From Chrysomallon squamiferum (taxonomy: Eukaryota; Animalia; Mollusca): a stretch of DNA of 64,000 bases. The notes below the pieces were generated by a model. The model was not told where the DNA came from, made no database searches, and saw only the letters and a list, made by a program, of their open reading frames with translations. The stretch lies in contig CM022677.1 in assembly GCA_012295275.1 (NCBI GenBank), forward strand, positions 15,314,001 through 15,378,000, in the 5' to 3' direction. The position numbers were made by a program, and so were the translations under genes. Positions 1 through 14,335 of this stretch are shown one piece after another (positions within the stretch are counted from its first letter, which is position 1; every line of letters begins with the position of its first letter).

Positions 1-330
1 GTTGATAATTTTATTGATTCTGTGAAAACATAAGTTTTTTGTTATTCAAGAGTGCGCCTAGAAAAATAAATTACTTAGGAAAACAAACAAAGGGACAGAT
101 GCAGAAAAAGAATATCAATTTTAAGGATTACATTCTGTTAGAAATATAAAAATACCACAACATTTAGTGCAAAACTACTTAAAGTTCTATAAATAAAAAC
201 AAGAGGAATTTTAATACGAAATCATACTTAAAATATCAATAAAATTCCATTTTAATTAACACACTGTAGTACTTTGCATTTGAAACTAAATTATACCTTA
301 AAATTAACATATCTAAATTTAAAATCTTAC

Positions 331-3300
331 CTGCTGTCTTACCCTGGTATTTATCATTTGCTGTCACTGCTTTAAAACTGTAGCATCTTATGCCAGAAGA
401 TGAATCTGTTTCTTCTTTGTCACCACAGGTCAAGGTTATGGTGCTGCTCCCTTGTCTCATATCTTGAACAGTGCTTTGGTGATAGCTTGTGAGTATTCCA
501 TTGTGTTGGTACTGCTGCAGGTAGTAAGGTTTGCATTATGATCCAGTCCAGACTGACACCTCTGATGGGCAGGACAGGGTACAGTATGGCGGAAGTTTAC
601 TGACATCAGACACTGACTGATTCAAGTCAAATGAATGGTTGTTTAAGCTTTTTCACTTTTTCTTGACCTTGGATAATTTCTATCACCTGAAATTAACATT
701 AAAAGATTAATGTTTATTAGCCACAGGTTTCTGGTGTTAAAAATGTTAAAATATGTTAACTTGAGACATTTTTTATTATGAATTTTCTTCTATTTGTCTG
801 CTATTTTCTAGCTATCAATCTGTAATGGCAACAGTGAAAACAATGTACTTTAGGTATCTATATTATGATAATTACAAAGAATTCAAATTTTTTAAAAATT
901 TGCATTAAAATATATATGAATGGGTTGGAATGACTTAGGAACTACTTTAAATCAAGTTTTCATCAATATGCTTTTATGTGACTGGAGAAATGTTAATTGA
1001 TTTGATTCTGTTTTATTTTCCTTCTCACTATGTATATAACAATTTTATTTACCAACAACGGGTGAACTTTGTTGGTGGGTGGTGTTGCCTGCACATCCCT
1101 CCTAACTCCAGTGACATCGGCTTTCCTTTCTGTATAAATAAAATTTTAAAATATAATAAAATAAACATATCATATAGAAATTAATAACAAACATGTGTTA
1201 CACAGATAAATAAAAAAATGAAACAATATAAAACACCTACTCAAAAACATTATTTATGAATATATATAAGTCTTCAAGTTCAAACTCATGTAAATAATGC
1301 TTTAACATAAATATAATAATTATGCCTTCTTGTAAAGTGGTAACAATCATTAAACACAAATAGAAAAATTATCTTAAAGATCTACTAACATCAATCTAAT
1401 TTAATCTGAATGAAAAACAAACATTTTACAATTTTTAAAACATAATTTAATTATAAAGGTAACATTTCCAAACACTCATCTGACTGAACTGTTTTATTTC
1501 ACAGCTTTATTTCATACTTTCCTATTAATTAATACAAACCAGAACATCAGGAGCTGTCTGACTGTTTGCTAGTCTGCTTTTAACAGATGCTATCTCTTTA
1601 GCAATTTTAACTTTCAGTTCATCAGTTGTTAAACCTGAGATGGTGTTCTAGAAAAATAGATAGGTTAGACAAATATATTCAAAACAATTTATTATTACTT
1701 TATTATTATTATTCTTATTACTATTTAATCTGTGTTTTTATAATTTCTTTTTAGCCTGAGAATAAACTATAATATTATCAGCAATGTTTTTTTTTCGTTT
1801 TATTTTTATTATTAATTTGTTATTAAAATATCTTTTGACACAAAAAGCTGGTTTCAGTGATGAGACTTTCAGAAAAACATCTGTGTTCTTTATGGATCTA
1901 GATCAAATCTTATGTTAATATAATTTGTTCTGTAGGAAACATGATGAATTTAATCTGTAAAATATGTTACAAAAATATATATACACTTGTGCATTAGTTT
2001 TGATTACTTCCTTACAGACTGAAATAAATTACTAACCAATACCTGAACCAAAAAATATATATGAACTCGAAAAGTGTCTTACTTATTACTGACAAGTTCA
2101 TCTTTTTGTTATATGACTATATACTGTTTTCTTTAAACACAGTGTTATGTACGAAGAATCCCTTTAAAAATTACCTTACATACATTTTGATATTAAATAG
2201 AATTAATGACAAATCTTAGAATAAAAAAATGTTTTTATTGTTTCTTTTTATTTTTTATTCATCAGATATTGATGAACTGTCATAAAAAAGAAAATGTTTT
2301 ATTTTGTTATCACTGAATAAAACAATGAATAGAAAGATATTTTTTGGTGGTTTTTTTTTTTTACTGCTGTGATGGTTTCTTTTTATTATTATTTTGTAGA
2401 AATAACTATCAACTTTATGAAATACCTGACAAATTCTAATCATGTTTGTTTCCTGTGTAAAGGCAAAAATAATCAAGTTACAAATTAACATAGTAAAAAA
2501 TAATCAAAGAATAAGACATGATTTCTGTTGTACTTATTAAAGTCTAAGTTTTCACTTCTACAAGTTAACCAACCTGATCATCCATACATCCTGTATCAAA
2601 ATCTTGGTGGACCAATTTCCAAATGTCCTGCAAGTCATACTGCCTGACTCTTTTCTCTTTCAATACATTTTCCTGCAAACAAAATTACACCTTCTACAAT
2701 ACTGATCACCTCTTACATAATAAACTTGCAACTGGCCAATATGCGATGATGTATTTAATGAAGGCAAAGTTGCAAAAGAAAAAAAAGTCAAAGTAAACCT
2801 GCCTGTAATCGTATCAGCTGAAAAAGATATAAATGTTTTCAGTTATTTAGGAATTTTTTGTTAATCTAAACTGTTTATATTATTTCTGATCAGACTGAAA
2901 TTATGGCAGATAAATTATCAAACCAAAATTTGTGTGTTTTTAGTTTTAAGATCCTGATGTATGATGGAAGAATGAATGTGTCCATTAAGTTCAAGAAAAA
3001 ATATATATTAGAACTAAACTAACTTCTAATTCGGAACATATTTCCTTCTCTCTCTCCAGTGTTTCTTGCAGTTGGGAGATGTCACTAATTTTTCAAAAGA
3101 TTACCATATTTAGAAAAAAATGAGGTTTAATAAAAACAATAACAGCATTTCTTAAACAAAATCTAAAAAAATTATTTACATTTTGTTTCTAATATATATT
3201 ATTCTAATGAAAAAGCTAGGAAAAGTATTTTATAAAAATATTTCTAAGGATTTGTTAGTTTAACCAACTGTAAATACCATTAACAAAGTTAAGTAATTTA

Positions 3301-6300
3301 GCTTAGACACAGAACTATTTAAATAATAAAATAAAATAAAATAAAATAAATATTCACACATTCAGCGTTACAGTATTTTTCACCAAGTTCTTTACTGAAA
3401 AACATAGAACAGAAAAATATTTTTTATCAATATTTCATAAAACCATACTAAACTTGTATTTATATATGTCACTGATTATGATGTAACAACAATAATGTAT
3501 ACAGTTCCTTATTTGCCTGGCAGACAGAACAAAACCTGACAATTCAAAACCAAAGCATATTTAGATATATTTTTTCTGTAATCATTTCTCTTTTTCTCCA
3601 AAGTAAACCTGTTTTACCAAAATAAGTTTTTATTTGTGAGGCTTACTGCTGAAAAGTGAAAAATAAAAAAACAGACTCATTTATTAATAGTTTTGGGACA
3701 AAAATATTTTCTGCATACTGGTGTTAGAGAATAAGCTGACAGACACAAGTAGCAAGGAATCTTTTATATGTACCTTTACATGGAGACAAAAGACCATACA
3801 CCTGTAGGCCAGTTACCTCTCAGACACCATGCATGCACTCAAACCACTGATATGTTTTCTGTTCCTTTAATTCATGTACAATTAATATGTCATGGATTCA
3901 CATTTATTTTCTACATCTCTGAAATAATCTCAGCATTTCTGTGGAAGATTACTTTCAAAAATGAGACGCACAGTTTGTTTGCTGAATGATAAAACTGTGG
4001 CATGACAGGCTAATACCGACAAATAAAAGATGCATCTTAGATCAAGAGAAATAAAAAATTAATCATTCTGAATAAGATACAACAACACAGGTACTTTATA
4101 GGTATATTATGATCAGAGTTTAACCATTACAGAACTGACAGGCAAATGTAAATGAGTCAGTCAAAATGTATTGGCATATACATTTGAATTTTGGTGCCAG
4201 CCAAAACAAATGATAAAGACAATGACATTAATGCTATAAGGCAAGTTATAAATATAAAGACTACTAACCTTGTTAAATTTTCAATACTGCAACAGTTTGC
4301 TTTCAGTTTGCAAATCTTTTATTTCTTTTCTTTTTTCAGCAAGTCCTTGAGAACTTTCCACAAGCTGACCTCTCAGTTGCTCAGTCTGAAAATTAAAATC
4401 ATTATTGCAAAGTCATTATTGAAGAAAACAAAATATCAAATATATATCATAAACATGTTATTTACTGCTCCAGACTTTTTCTGCTGAATCAGTCCTACTT
4501 TTTATTATTATTATTCTTTTTATTTATTTTTTTCGTTATCTTATAAATGCTGAAATTTATTCTATGATCCAGTTCTCAGCCACCTTTCATTCTAATTTTA
4601 CATATTTAATTATCTTCAGAATGCTCAACTATTTATTTTAAAATGAATAAATGCATAATGGAAGCCAACATAATTCAGTGACCATTAAATAATAATTTCA
4701 TCTACCATTTTACTTGGAATTATTATTAAAACCGATTATAATTAAAAACTTCTGTATCAAAATATTGAACTAAATAATAAATACTGATTTATGTCCCACC
4801 ACTTCTATGGTATTAAGGCACCTGTGAGTGTATAAAGACACCAGATGCTCAAATCATTCATAAGATGAAATATTTTTTTAGATACATTTTTAGATAAATA
4901 GAAAACATTTCAAACATAGAAATGAAATGGAAGAAAAACCAAGTAATACAAGGGCACTGCATCCTCAGTCTCTAAAGTTTTTTTACTTTGAAAATAAAAA
5001 CAGACAGAGACACACACTAACACACACATACAAAACAAATAGTAAAAAAACCCACAAATCTCTAGCAATGTATTTAGGCTATATTTTAAAGAAAACATTC
5101 CATACCTCTTGAAGCAATTGCTGAGTTTGGAATATCTCTGCTGACAACGATTCTTCCAGTTACGGAATTTAGTTCTCATCAGTCATATCTTTGTCATCAG
5201 CACTAATTTTTATTTCTTCTGAAAGGTCACATATTCTTCTGAGATTTCCATTTTCAAATATATTAAAAATTAAGTGTAAAATTACCACATAATAATCTTA
5301 ATAGGAATAAAATACTTTAAGTGTTAATATAAATAATATATAGTTATTGTTTTTATAATGAAAATATATATGTTCTTACCTTCCAACCTGTTCAGTACGG
5401 TAACTATCTGCTTGTAACTGTAAAATAAAATAATATTAGATTAGCATTTCTGTCTTCTAGTACTGGAACTTTTAATAATAATTTAAACATCGACAATAAT
5501 TTAAACACTATCAGTTTTGCCCACATCTCACTTCAAAAAATGTAAAGAAACAAATGTTAAATTAACTGCTAAAGAAAAAAGATTACAGTAATTAAAAAAA
5601 TAAAAATAAAAAGCAACACATACAATATATTATTGCTTAGAATTAATCATGGTTCAAACTTATTTCACGATACTGATTATGTTGTAAAACTATATGAATG
5701 AAAATTCAAGACTCATCAGAACAAAAATCTATCAGCACAGTTATTCAAGTGTGGCTTTTGTTCTGAAGCTTAAAAATACCTAAGAAATTTGATGACGTAA
5801 CCACTTTTTTAACAGAATTCCCACCTCCTCCATCAACATCAGGATTTTCTGTTACTGACATGTAAATGTCACCTGATTTTGTCCACGTTAACTTACACAG
5901 TGTAAGCAAAATCAGTCCTGGCAAAATCTGCAAATATAAAACAAATAAAACAGTAAAAGACGACAGAATCTATTCTCCTCAGGAGTAGCATCATCAGCAG
6001 CAGAAACATACTGCCACTGCTTCCACAGACATCCATTTTATGGCAGAAGGGAAGATGGTAGAAAGTGTAAATGTGAAAATAAATGAAGACCGTATTAATA
6101 ATAACATGCAAATTCCATATATTTTAAAATACATTTTAAGTTAAAATTGTCCTTTTTCTCTCTCAAAATAAACTATGATTCATCTACAATATCTGAAAAT
6201 TTAAATGCAATTTACAAGAGGAGAAAAATATCAAATAGTAATAATATAAAAAAAAAAAAAAATTATAATCTACTTTTGAAATGGCTGACATTGTAAATGA

Positions 6301-6700
6301 AAACTAAATGCAAATAAATAGGGTGATTCTTGAAACAATTGTATTCCGGGAATGATCACTCTCAAATACTTTTTGTAAGTGAAATTACACAAATAAGTTC
6401 ATTGTGAATAAAAATGTAAAAAATTAAAATATTTTAATGGTGCATATATTTTCTCTCTTGAAAAGTTTTTTCTGCCACAAAATTCAAAAATATTTATTAA
6501 AAAGACAAATCAGTAATTCACTTACTTAATAATATTCTAATCCGTAACTAATGTTAACTCTAAAATGTTATATTCACCATATATGTGAATTTTTTGTTTT
6601 TAAATTCTTTCCTTGCATGGCCTCGATCATATTCCGACATATTTGATGTTGACGTCTGCGTTTACAGTATCGGCTGTTTCCGTAGTTCCAAATTAATTTA
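331..6700 (-). pseudogene. Unit A: multi-exon decayed gene (coiled-coil-like segments), parent unknown; may continue off the left edge
   Basis: Minus-strand AG/GT-bounded exons read by eye: 5780-5927, 5380-5417, 5106-5218, 4269-4385, 2574-2672, 1540-1647, 1053-1129, 331-687; probable first-exon donor GTAAGT next to 6526. Consecutive exons read EIKISADDKDMTDEN*IP*LEESLSAEIFQTQQLLQE|TEQLRGQLVESSQGLAEKRKEIKDLQTESKLLQY*, i.e. in-frame stops in phase-compatible exons. The 5' limit is approximate. Confidence 0.6.
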
Positions 6701-7046
6701 TGCGCGATAGTGCTGACCTCTATACTCAATTGGTATTACGTAGAGTGGATATACTAATTATCGTACCGTTTCGCTTTTCCGTACTCTTTCACTTTGCTGC
6801 ATTACCTCTGGTCTGTTTTTGACCCGCATATTGTTTTATTGATCTATTGTTTTATTCCGCACATAATGTAATTAACAATAATGAATCAGAATAAATTGCA
6901 AGCAAGCACAGGAACTGTTTTCGCTGAACTTTTTAAATTTTCAATCAACATCAGATTTTTACGAAGGTACACGGTCATCATTTAGAGAATAGCATTATGC
7001 AAAACCTATCAACGATCACAATCATTGTTTAGATTTTAAAAGTGAA

Positions 7047-7050
<4 letters not shown>

Positions 7051-7094
<44 letters not shown>
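7051..7094. repeat. (AAT)n microsatellite
   Basis: Direct reading of the sequence. Confidence 0.95.
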
Positions 7095-7095
<1 letters not shown>

Positions 7096-7837
7096 CTTTG
7101 GTCTTTCAACAGTTATAAAGAAATCCATCGAAAATTAAGAAAAATGGAAGTGAATTAAAGAGTGCCATTTTATTTCCATAAGGAGTACTGATAATAATAT
7201 AACTATTGCATTTTGTTACTATTATTATTGGTAGAGTAGTAGTGGTAGTAATTTAAAACTAAAAATAAAGTTGTAAAATATTTAAATAAACAGCAGTATT
7301 TATAGCAGAAGGAGCAATGTTAGCAGTTGTACTAGAGACTTTTCTTCTTCTAATCAAAAATTATATTGTAAGTGAAAATATATAAATAACTAATTTCACT
7401 TTCACGCACCAACGTCTCCAAAAAAAGCAAGATTCTGAATTTTATAATAAAACTTATCTGAAAAAATCTAGATGACAGCACGTCGACATTATAGAAAATA
7501 ATCAAATCTGTTTTTCTAGTTACAAATTTGCTGAGAGTTTATCACTGTTACTGTCCCATTTCCTCAGTGTCAGTGAATAGTAGAAATTCGTGATTATCAG
7601 TTCACAAAAAAGTTTCTAACATTTCTCAGTTTAGGTATTGATATATTCAAGTTTAATGTAATTGTGGAATACATGCTCTACGCATGTCAATAAATATATT
7701 TAATAATTTTCAAGAAAGCACCTAATTCCATAAACACAAAATTACAAACTACTGGAAATGAACTTGACAATGTTTAAATGGTGCATTTGTTCTCTACTGA
7801 AAGATTTTTCTTTCACAAAATTTGAAGATATTAAGTT

Positions 7838-10267
7838 CAGGTTGACCATTACTAGTCCGACAATTAGTTATCCGGTACAGTCAGTAATCCGGCACTAATT
7901 TCGGCTACAGGCTAAAGTTTGTAGAACTGACTAAGGCGAAGGGGGATGCTAGGCGATGATTCACGCGGAACTATCGATTCTGTGTTCGATTCTTATGCTG
8001 TATTGTACTGTCCTCGTGCAGTGTGTGCGCTTTCCTCGGGTTAGTGAAGCTGTGTTATGTTTTCTTTAAGTTGACTGGCCGCTACGATTGGAGGCGCTGT
8101 TTCCTCATCAACAAACTGGTACCAGCTGTAAACGCAGGCAAGCTTTTCCGGTTTGATTTTAGACATTTATTATTGTAAGAAGGTCATTTTTAGCTCCAAT
8201 CATGGCTTCAATGAATAACAGAAGTGCTTCTTGTGGTGGTAAGCGTAAACACCGAACATTGTCAATAGCAGAAAAGACTTGACAATGGCGTGTCTGTGAG
8301 AAGTTTATGTGAATTATACAGTGTTGGGTCTTCGACAGTTTATGAATAAAGAAACAGAAAGAAAAGTTACTTAAATTTTCTGTTGACAGTGAGTCGAAAA
8401 AACAGATGTTTAAAAGGAAAACAATGAAACCTGGTAATAATGCAGAACTAGATCAAGTAATGACGAGGTGGTTTAAGTTGCGTGAAAGTCAAGGAGTCGA
8501 ACTGTCAGGTGATCTTGTGAAGCAACAAGCAAAACTATTTCATAAAGAACTCGGACTGGAACATTAGTGCGATTACAGTGAAGGATGGTTGCAACGTTTT
8601 AAGGAACGACAAGTTTCGTGCTGTGTGTGGCGAAAAAAGATCAGCTGACAATGAAGCAGCAACAACATTTGTTGACGAGTTTACCAAGTTGGTCAGTGAT
8701 GAAAATTTAAGTCCTGACCAGGTTTATAACGCAGATGAGACTCTTTTGGAAATGTACACCCAAAAGAACTCTGAAATCGGAGGATACATACTCGCCGACA
8801 GGATATATAGCTTCGAAAGACCGTGTTACTGTGCTGGGCTGCTCCAATGCTGCATGAACACGCAGGTATAAGTTACTGGTCATCGGTAAAAGTTTACGTC
8901 CTCGAGCTTTCAAAGGCATGACACAGATTCCTGTATATTACCGTGCCAACGAAAAAGGTCGGACAACAACTGAACTGTTATTGGATTGGTTTCAGAACTG
9001 TTTTGTCCCCGAAGCAAGAACTCATTCTGACTCTGTTGGCTTGGACCGTAATTGTAAGATAATGCTTATTTTAGATAACTGCTCCGCTCAGCCAAAAGCA
9101 GAACTCCTGGTAAAGAACAATGTTTTCGGTATCTATCTTCCACCTATTTGCAATTCCCTAATTCAACCCCTGGACAGTGGAATATTACATTCATTAAAGT
9201 CGAAGTATTGCACTCATTTTATGAGGCGCCTGCTGAGTGAAGTTAACTCTGGGAAGCCTGTACGTGAGTTTATTCGTGAATATAATGAGAGATGTGGTTT
9301 ACTGTGTTGCTAATGCTTGGAAATATGTAGAGCCTGCTACACTGAAACATGGATGGCACAATTGTTGCAGGATTAACATATGAGACAGCACCTGATGAAA
9401 ATCTTTATAGAAATTAGGTCGTCAAAGGACAAACAGCATACAAGTGATCTGTTGTCTTTTGCTCGTGATCTGACCAATCCTGCTGCGAAGGATCTTGCAT
9501 CTAAACTGGATGAAGATAACACTGAAGAATGGATGACTGTTGATGACGGTGCATCTGTTGTTCATCATTATACGGACTCAGAAATTGTACGACTGGTTGT
9601 AAGTCCAGAGCAACAAGCAAGTGAAGGAGAAAGTAGTGGTGGAAATGAGGATGATGCAGCAGAAAGAGTTTCTACTGATCAGTTAATTCAGCTGACAGGT
9701 GAACTGCTAAAAGGTTTAGAGCAGCGCAGTTTTATAACTGAGCAGGACATAATGTATATTTACATGCTGGACGATAAACTGATCAAAGAAATACCAAAAA
9801 TAAAAGAAACAGGTAAGCTGGCCAGATATATTTAAAAAACTGGCTACAAAGCCTGTAACAGAGAAGACATCAATTTGCTCACCGAGAGATCCTCATCATA
9901 TGCACATACACTGCCCTCAACAGCTGCTCATCCAGGTATGTTGCCACCGTCACCATTAGTTCCTGATATCTCACTCACCTTAGAAGATAATTATGAGAAT
10001 CTTGACAACCTTCAACCTCAAAACATGTAAATGCCACTTTGGAAGTGGCAGTGATGATCTAATGTAAGTCAACAGAATTAATTTGTAGTATACCTGTGCC
10101 CGTAATTCATTAATTTTTTTACTTGATTTTATTTGATAATTATCTTTTCTTTATTAATCAAATTGTACTGTTTTATGGGATATTTTAATTTTAAGATGAG
10201 GTGGTTAGCTAATGGGTTTGGTGTATTCTAACTTAATGGCTAATCCGGGATTTGATCTCAAAGCCTG
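7838..10267 (+). mobile_element. Decayed Tigger/pogo-family DNA transposon
   Basis: Starts CAGGTTGACCATT..TAGTCCG..TTATCCGG..TAATCCGG, resembling Tigger-type termini; encloses a frameshifted transposase. The right end is degenerate (TAATCCGGG..TCAAAGCCTG), so that boundary is uncertain and no clean TA duplication is visible. Confidence 0.8.
8202..9835 (+). pseudogene. Jerky/TIGD-like (CENP-B HTH + DDE_1) transposase pseudogene
   Basis: ATG at 8202 gives MASMNNRSASCGGKRKHRTLSIAEK; later frames give ELDQVMTRWFKLRESQGVELSGDLVKQQAKLFH, SEGWLQRFKER, DQVYNADET, RVTVLGCSNAA, LILDNCSAQ, IQPLDSGI (DDD triad motifs) and an acidic C-terminus; several frameshifts and stops split it over ORFs 8578-8871, 8918-9313 and 9380-9835. 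Confidence 0.92.
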
Positions 10268-10714
10268 TTAGTTCACTATTTGGAAGATAGCACTCACTGT
10301 TAAAATATTTGTTTTGCGTTACTATTGCAGAATGATTAATGAGTGACTGTGAGGAAATGTGTCAGTATGTGTAGTGTCTCAGGCAAAAGCCAGAATGTTA
10401 TTGTTTTTTTTATACTTTTTCGTTTTGTCCTAATGTTTTTGTTTCACTTATACATGTTTTTTCCTCTTTGATCATCTTCCTCACTCCATTTGTGGGGGGT
10501 TTGGGTTTGTTTTTTTATGCCATCAGTATATTTTTCCTAGGATTATTGTTGTTGTTGTTGTTGGTGGTGGTTTTATATTATTCTTATTGTTTTTAATTAT
10601 TGTTATTGCTATTATTATTATTATTATTTACTTCTATTACTATTACTGTTATTTTTTTAAATAAATATAATTTTTTCTGTTTCGATTTTTCATTATTAAT
10701 GCAGTTTTAAGATA

Positions 10715-12809
10715 CATTTGAATGAACTGTTACGAATACAATAAACATCTCTACCAAAAACTTTGAACACATTTCCGTAACAGTAATCAAAATATTCCAG
10801 TGAAAAAATTTGCGAATGTTGTTTAAAAATTTCATTACACTTTATTAATCTTGAACTCGGTAGTCTCAGAAAAACATGCTCTGTTGGGTAAACAAGTTCA
10901 CACTTCAGCATCAAACCTATCTCTGAAGATGTATCCTTTTTCATAGAACATGATTATTGTAAACACTCGTGTGAAAACAACTGATTTCTTCAAGTGAGAA
11001 TAATGTAAATTCTCTTAACCCACTTGATCGCTGACTGTAAATCATAAAACAAAAGACCTGAATTGATATAAGGAACATGTTTTTATTAGTTTGCGTACAT
11101 TTCAATAAATTTATTGAGTCCTTTTTCACATTCGCAGTTTACAAAAGTCATTTTTCTTACACTTTCATATTCACAAAATAAATTTAAATAATTTTACATT
11201 TTTACACAGACAGATATACATGGACGCACACACACAAACACATTGCATTTATATATATATATATGGAGTGCCACGCTATTTGGCCAAGTAAGGAAAATGC
11301 AAGGGTGTTTGCATTCAACTCCGTAATCTTACAAAACGACGCGATTTTGAAGATCAAAGTATATATATGGTTAAATTACAGTGTTTGGCAATTAGTTTCT
11401 TTTAATATTTTATTTTTAATGATTGTTTTTCTGGTTAAATTCGCCGGAAACGAGGACATGAACAATGGATTAAGTTAACTGGCGTGTAGCACAAAACCAA
11501 GTGAAAACAATGATCAAAATAAAATGTAATAAAGAAAGAGCCAGTAATTGTTTATGTAATTATTTTTTATGCAATCACGTTTATACAGTGAATTAGTTAA
11601 AAATCATTGTTGTTCGTTACTATTGTTGTCCAACATGAGCACGAACTTTGTACCTCATTTTCGTTTCTTTGTTTGTTTACTTCTACACAGCTTTTATTTC
11701 CACGATTTACATTCAAACATGTTTTTAGTTAAAGTTATAAGACGATACATTACAATTTAGCATTTTTAGCTAATGTTTGTGTGACTGCTCCGGGCAGATT
11801 TGCACGTGATCACGTGTCTCTGTGAAATGAACATCATCTAAAAGAAGATTGTTAAGCGCTGGTGTATCGCTTTTTCGAAGCTTGCCCTATCATATGTCTG
11901 AATAGAGAATTTGTAAAAAAAAAAAAAAAAAAGGTTTCTGATAAATAGCAGAAATTTGTGTGTATGGTCCAATTCAAGATATTCCAAAATATAACAACTG
12001 ATTGATCTCTTTAAAGGTTCTTCAGACTGACAAATATGAAGTGAAAGTTCAGTTTTTGAAGAAGAGAGGCAACTATTACTACTTTCCTGAACTTGACGAC
12101 GTGTCCTGGGTTTCGCTGAAAGATGTTCAGTCACTGAAGCCACCGACAATCAATGACCGCTGACAATATATTTTTTATATGATTAATTAAAGAAGTGAAA
12201 CTGGAATAAAACTGAAGACTGTTTCGCATTTTACTGTTATAATTCTGCAACATATTGTTCATTTTTATGGATGATGACATTTTGGTGTCTTGTAACTTAC
12301 GACATATTATACCGCTAAACTTTATTATTTGAAAAGCATACTACTAGTTTTTCTTTGCATCTCTTTCTGATTCAGAAACAATCACTGACATGGGAAAAGA
12401 AAAAGCCATTTGTTATTACTGCTTTCTCAAAAAAAAGTTGAACTCTGCATATCTCGTAAGTTACGGTGTCCACAACTTTATTGCCAAACTACCACATCAT
12501 ATGTGATTTTTTTTTAAATCTCTCAATTACACTGAACTGAGATACAACAACACACCAACTACATCAATATGCATCTCATTAAATCAGTTTATTCATTGTA
12601 TTACTGGATTAAAACGTCGTCGTGTAACTTACATCACCGCCAGTATTTGTTTGATTTCACACCCTCACTACAGTCAAGTGAACAAGAAAATGACAACTTT
12701 GGCTTCAGTATTAGTTGAAAGCAAGTTTTATCTAATATCTCAACTAGTTTTTTAATCATTTTAAGCACTTTTTATTTTTAATGACTTTGCCCTCATTTTT
12801 TTGGCTCAG

Positions 12810-12861
<52 letters not shown>

Positions 12862-14335
12862 TATTAACAGTAATAAGAACATACAGAAAGGGTAAAGTGC
12901 TAGATGAATACTGTATTTATTATTGTATTGACGTTACTGAAAATTAACTGTGCACCTTTCAGTGTCACAATGTGATACTTTGTTTTATGACTGCAGTAAC
13001 ATGACATTCCGCGACACAATTTACATCTCTCCCTACATGAAAGTACATGATTAATCTAAAATTCAAATTTGTCAAATTATGTAATTAAGAATATATCATA
13101 TTATTTTGATATTACTGAGAAAAGTAAGTTAATCTAGAATGAAATTCCATGTTTATTCAATAATATAACTGACAATCTCTTATTAATGTAATTTTAATTT
13201 CTCATATAAATAATACGTTATAAAACTTGGGTCTTATCGGTGGGTAACATTATCAGTGAAAACAGCGATATTTAGTTAACTGTGGTTTTATAACAAAAAA
13301 TTCGAAGTAATTTTTATATCCGCACTCAGAACAGTTCTAATGAAACTAAGAGAATAGCGTCAAACATATATAGGAAGCTTCCGTTTTTACAGAAAAATAA
13401 AACAAAAGAAAAAATAAAAAGATTAAGGTGTGATTACTGTTGTTGTTGTTGCTACTTACTTGTTGACAAAGTGAGGACTTTGACAACTGTCTGCTTCATT
13501 GTTATATAGATTATTACTGGTGAAGCGGTTATATTAATATCTAATGTAATAAGAGAACTTCAGGTATAATAAGAAATGTAAAAAATATTACACTATACAA
13601 TTTGCGCTGATGTACACCTTTTAATGAATGTGATGAAAAAATTAAATTTCGCATAATAAAATAGCATGTTAATCTTGCTTGTTCTCAGCTAATCAGTACA
13701 CATTATCGTGATTTCAGGGAATTAACTTTGACATTTTTCAATATAACCTGATATAAATATATGATAATTAATCAAAAATGAGATTAACATTTCTCAACAT
13801 AATTAACCTTCAAACTGTAAATATCACTGCTCATAATTAATTCTCATTTTTTTCTTTTTACAGGTAATTAAGCCGCTTATTTTCATAACGCCATGCAGAA
13901 TTATCATTTATAACTGTCAGTAATATCTAATAGATTAACTGTGGTTATAATATGTCAAACTAGATGCGCTCTCTTTATATCTCGATGTAAAGCTACTGTT
14001 GTTAATAAAAATATTATAACACTGAAGTTCCATCTATATTTCTGAATGTTCACAGTGAAATCATACATGTAATTTTCAATATGATTTGTTGTATAACTAA
14101 CTGAATATCATCTCAGTCACGAAGGATAGTCGAGAACTTCAGAAATAAAGAGGCCTTCCAGATTCCAATTCTGTGTTACTATCAGAATCAGGATTAGTTT
14201 TTAGTTGCACCTGAGATTGTATTGATAATTAAATACTGATTTTCTTTGTCTAGACAGGTGTTGCATTTGTTAGACATTAGCAAATAATTAATTACGTATT
14301 CATTTTAATATTTCTAGTTGAGAAGTGCAGTGAAT
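10715..14335 (+). repeat. Left arm of a large diverged inverted duplication
   Basis: Blocks 10715-11245, 12860-13160, 13500-13910 and 13960-14335 are reverse complements of about 44410-44890, 43180-43490, 42740-43100 and 42000-42410, e.g. ATAAACATCTCTACCAAAAACTTTGAACAC and CATGACATTCCGCGACACAATTTACATCTCTCCCTACAT. Confidence 0.92.
11265..12810 (+). mobile_element. Putative DNA-transposon remnant between two (TA)n tracts
   Basis: Has no counterpart in the right arm; bounded by (TA)n on both sides; imperfect inverted motifs at about 11322-11349 and 12610-12633; 12014-12186 reads KVLQTDKYEVKVQFLKKRGNYYYFPELDDVSWVSLKDVQSLKPPTINDR*QYIF, similar to C-termini I associate with invertebrate transposon-derived proteins. 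Family not assigned. Confidence 0.45.
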
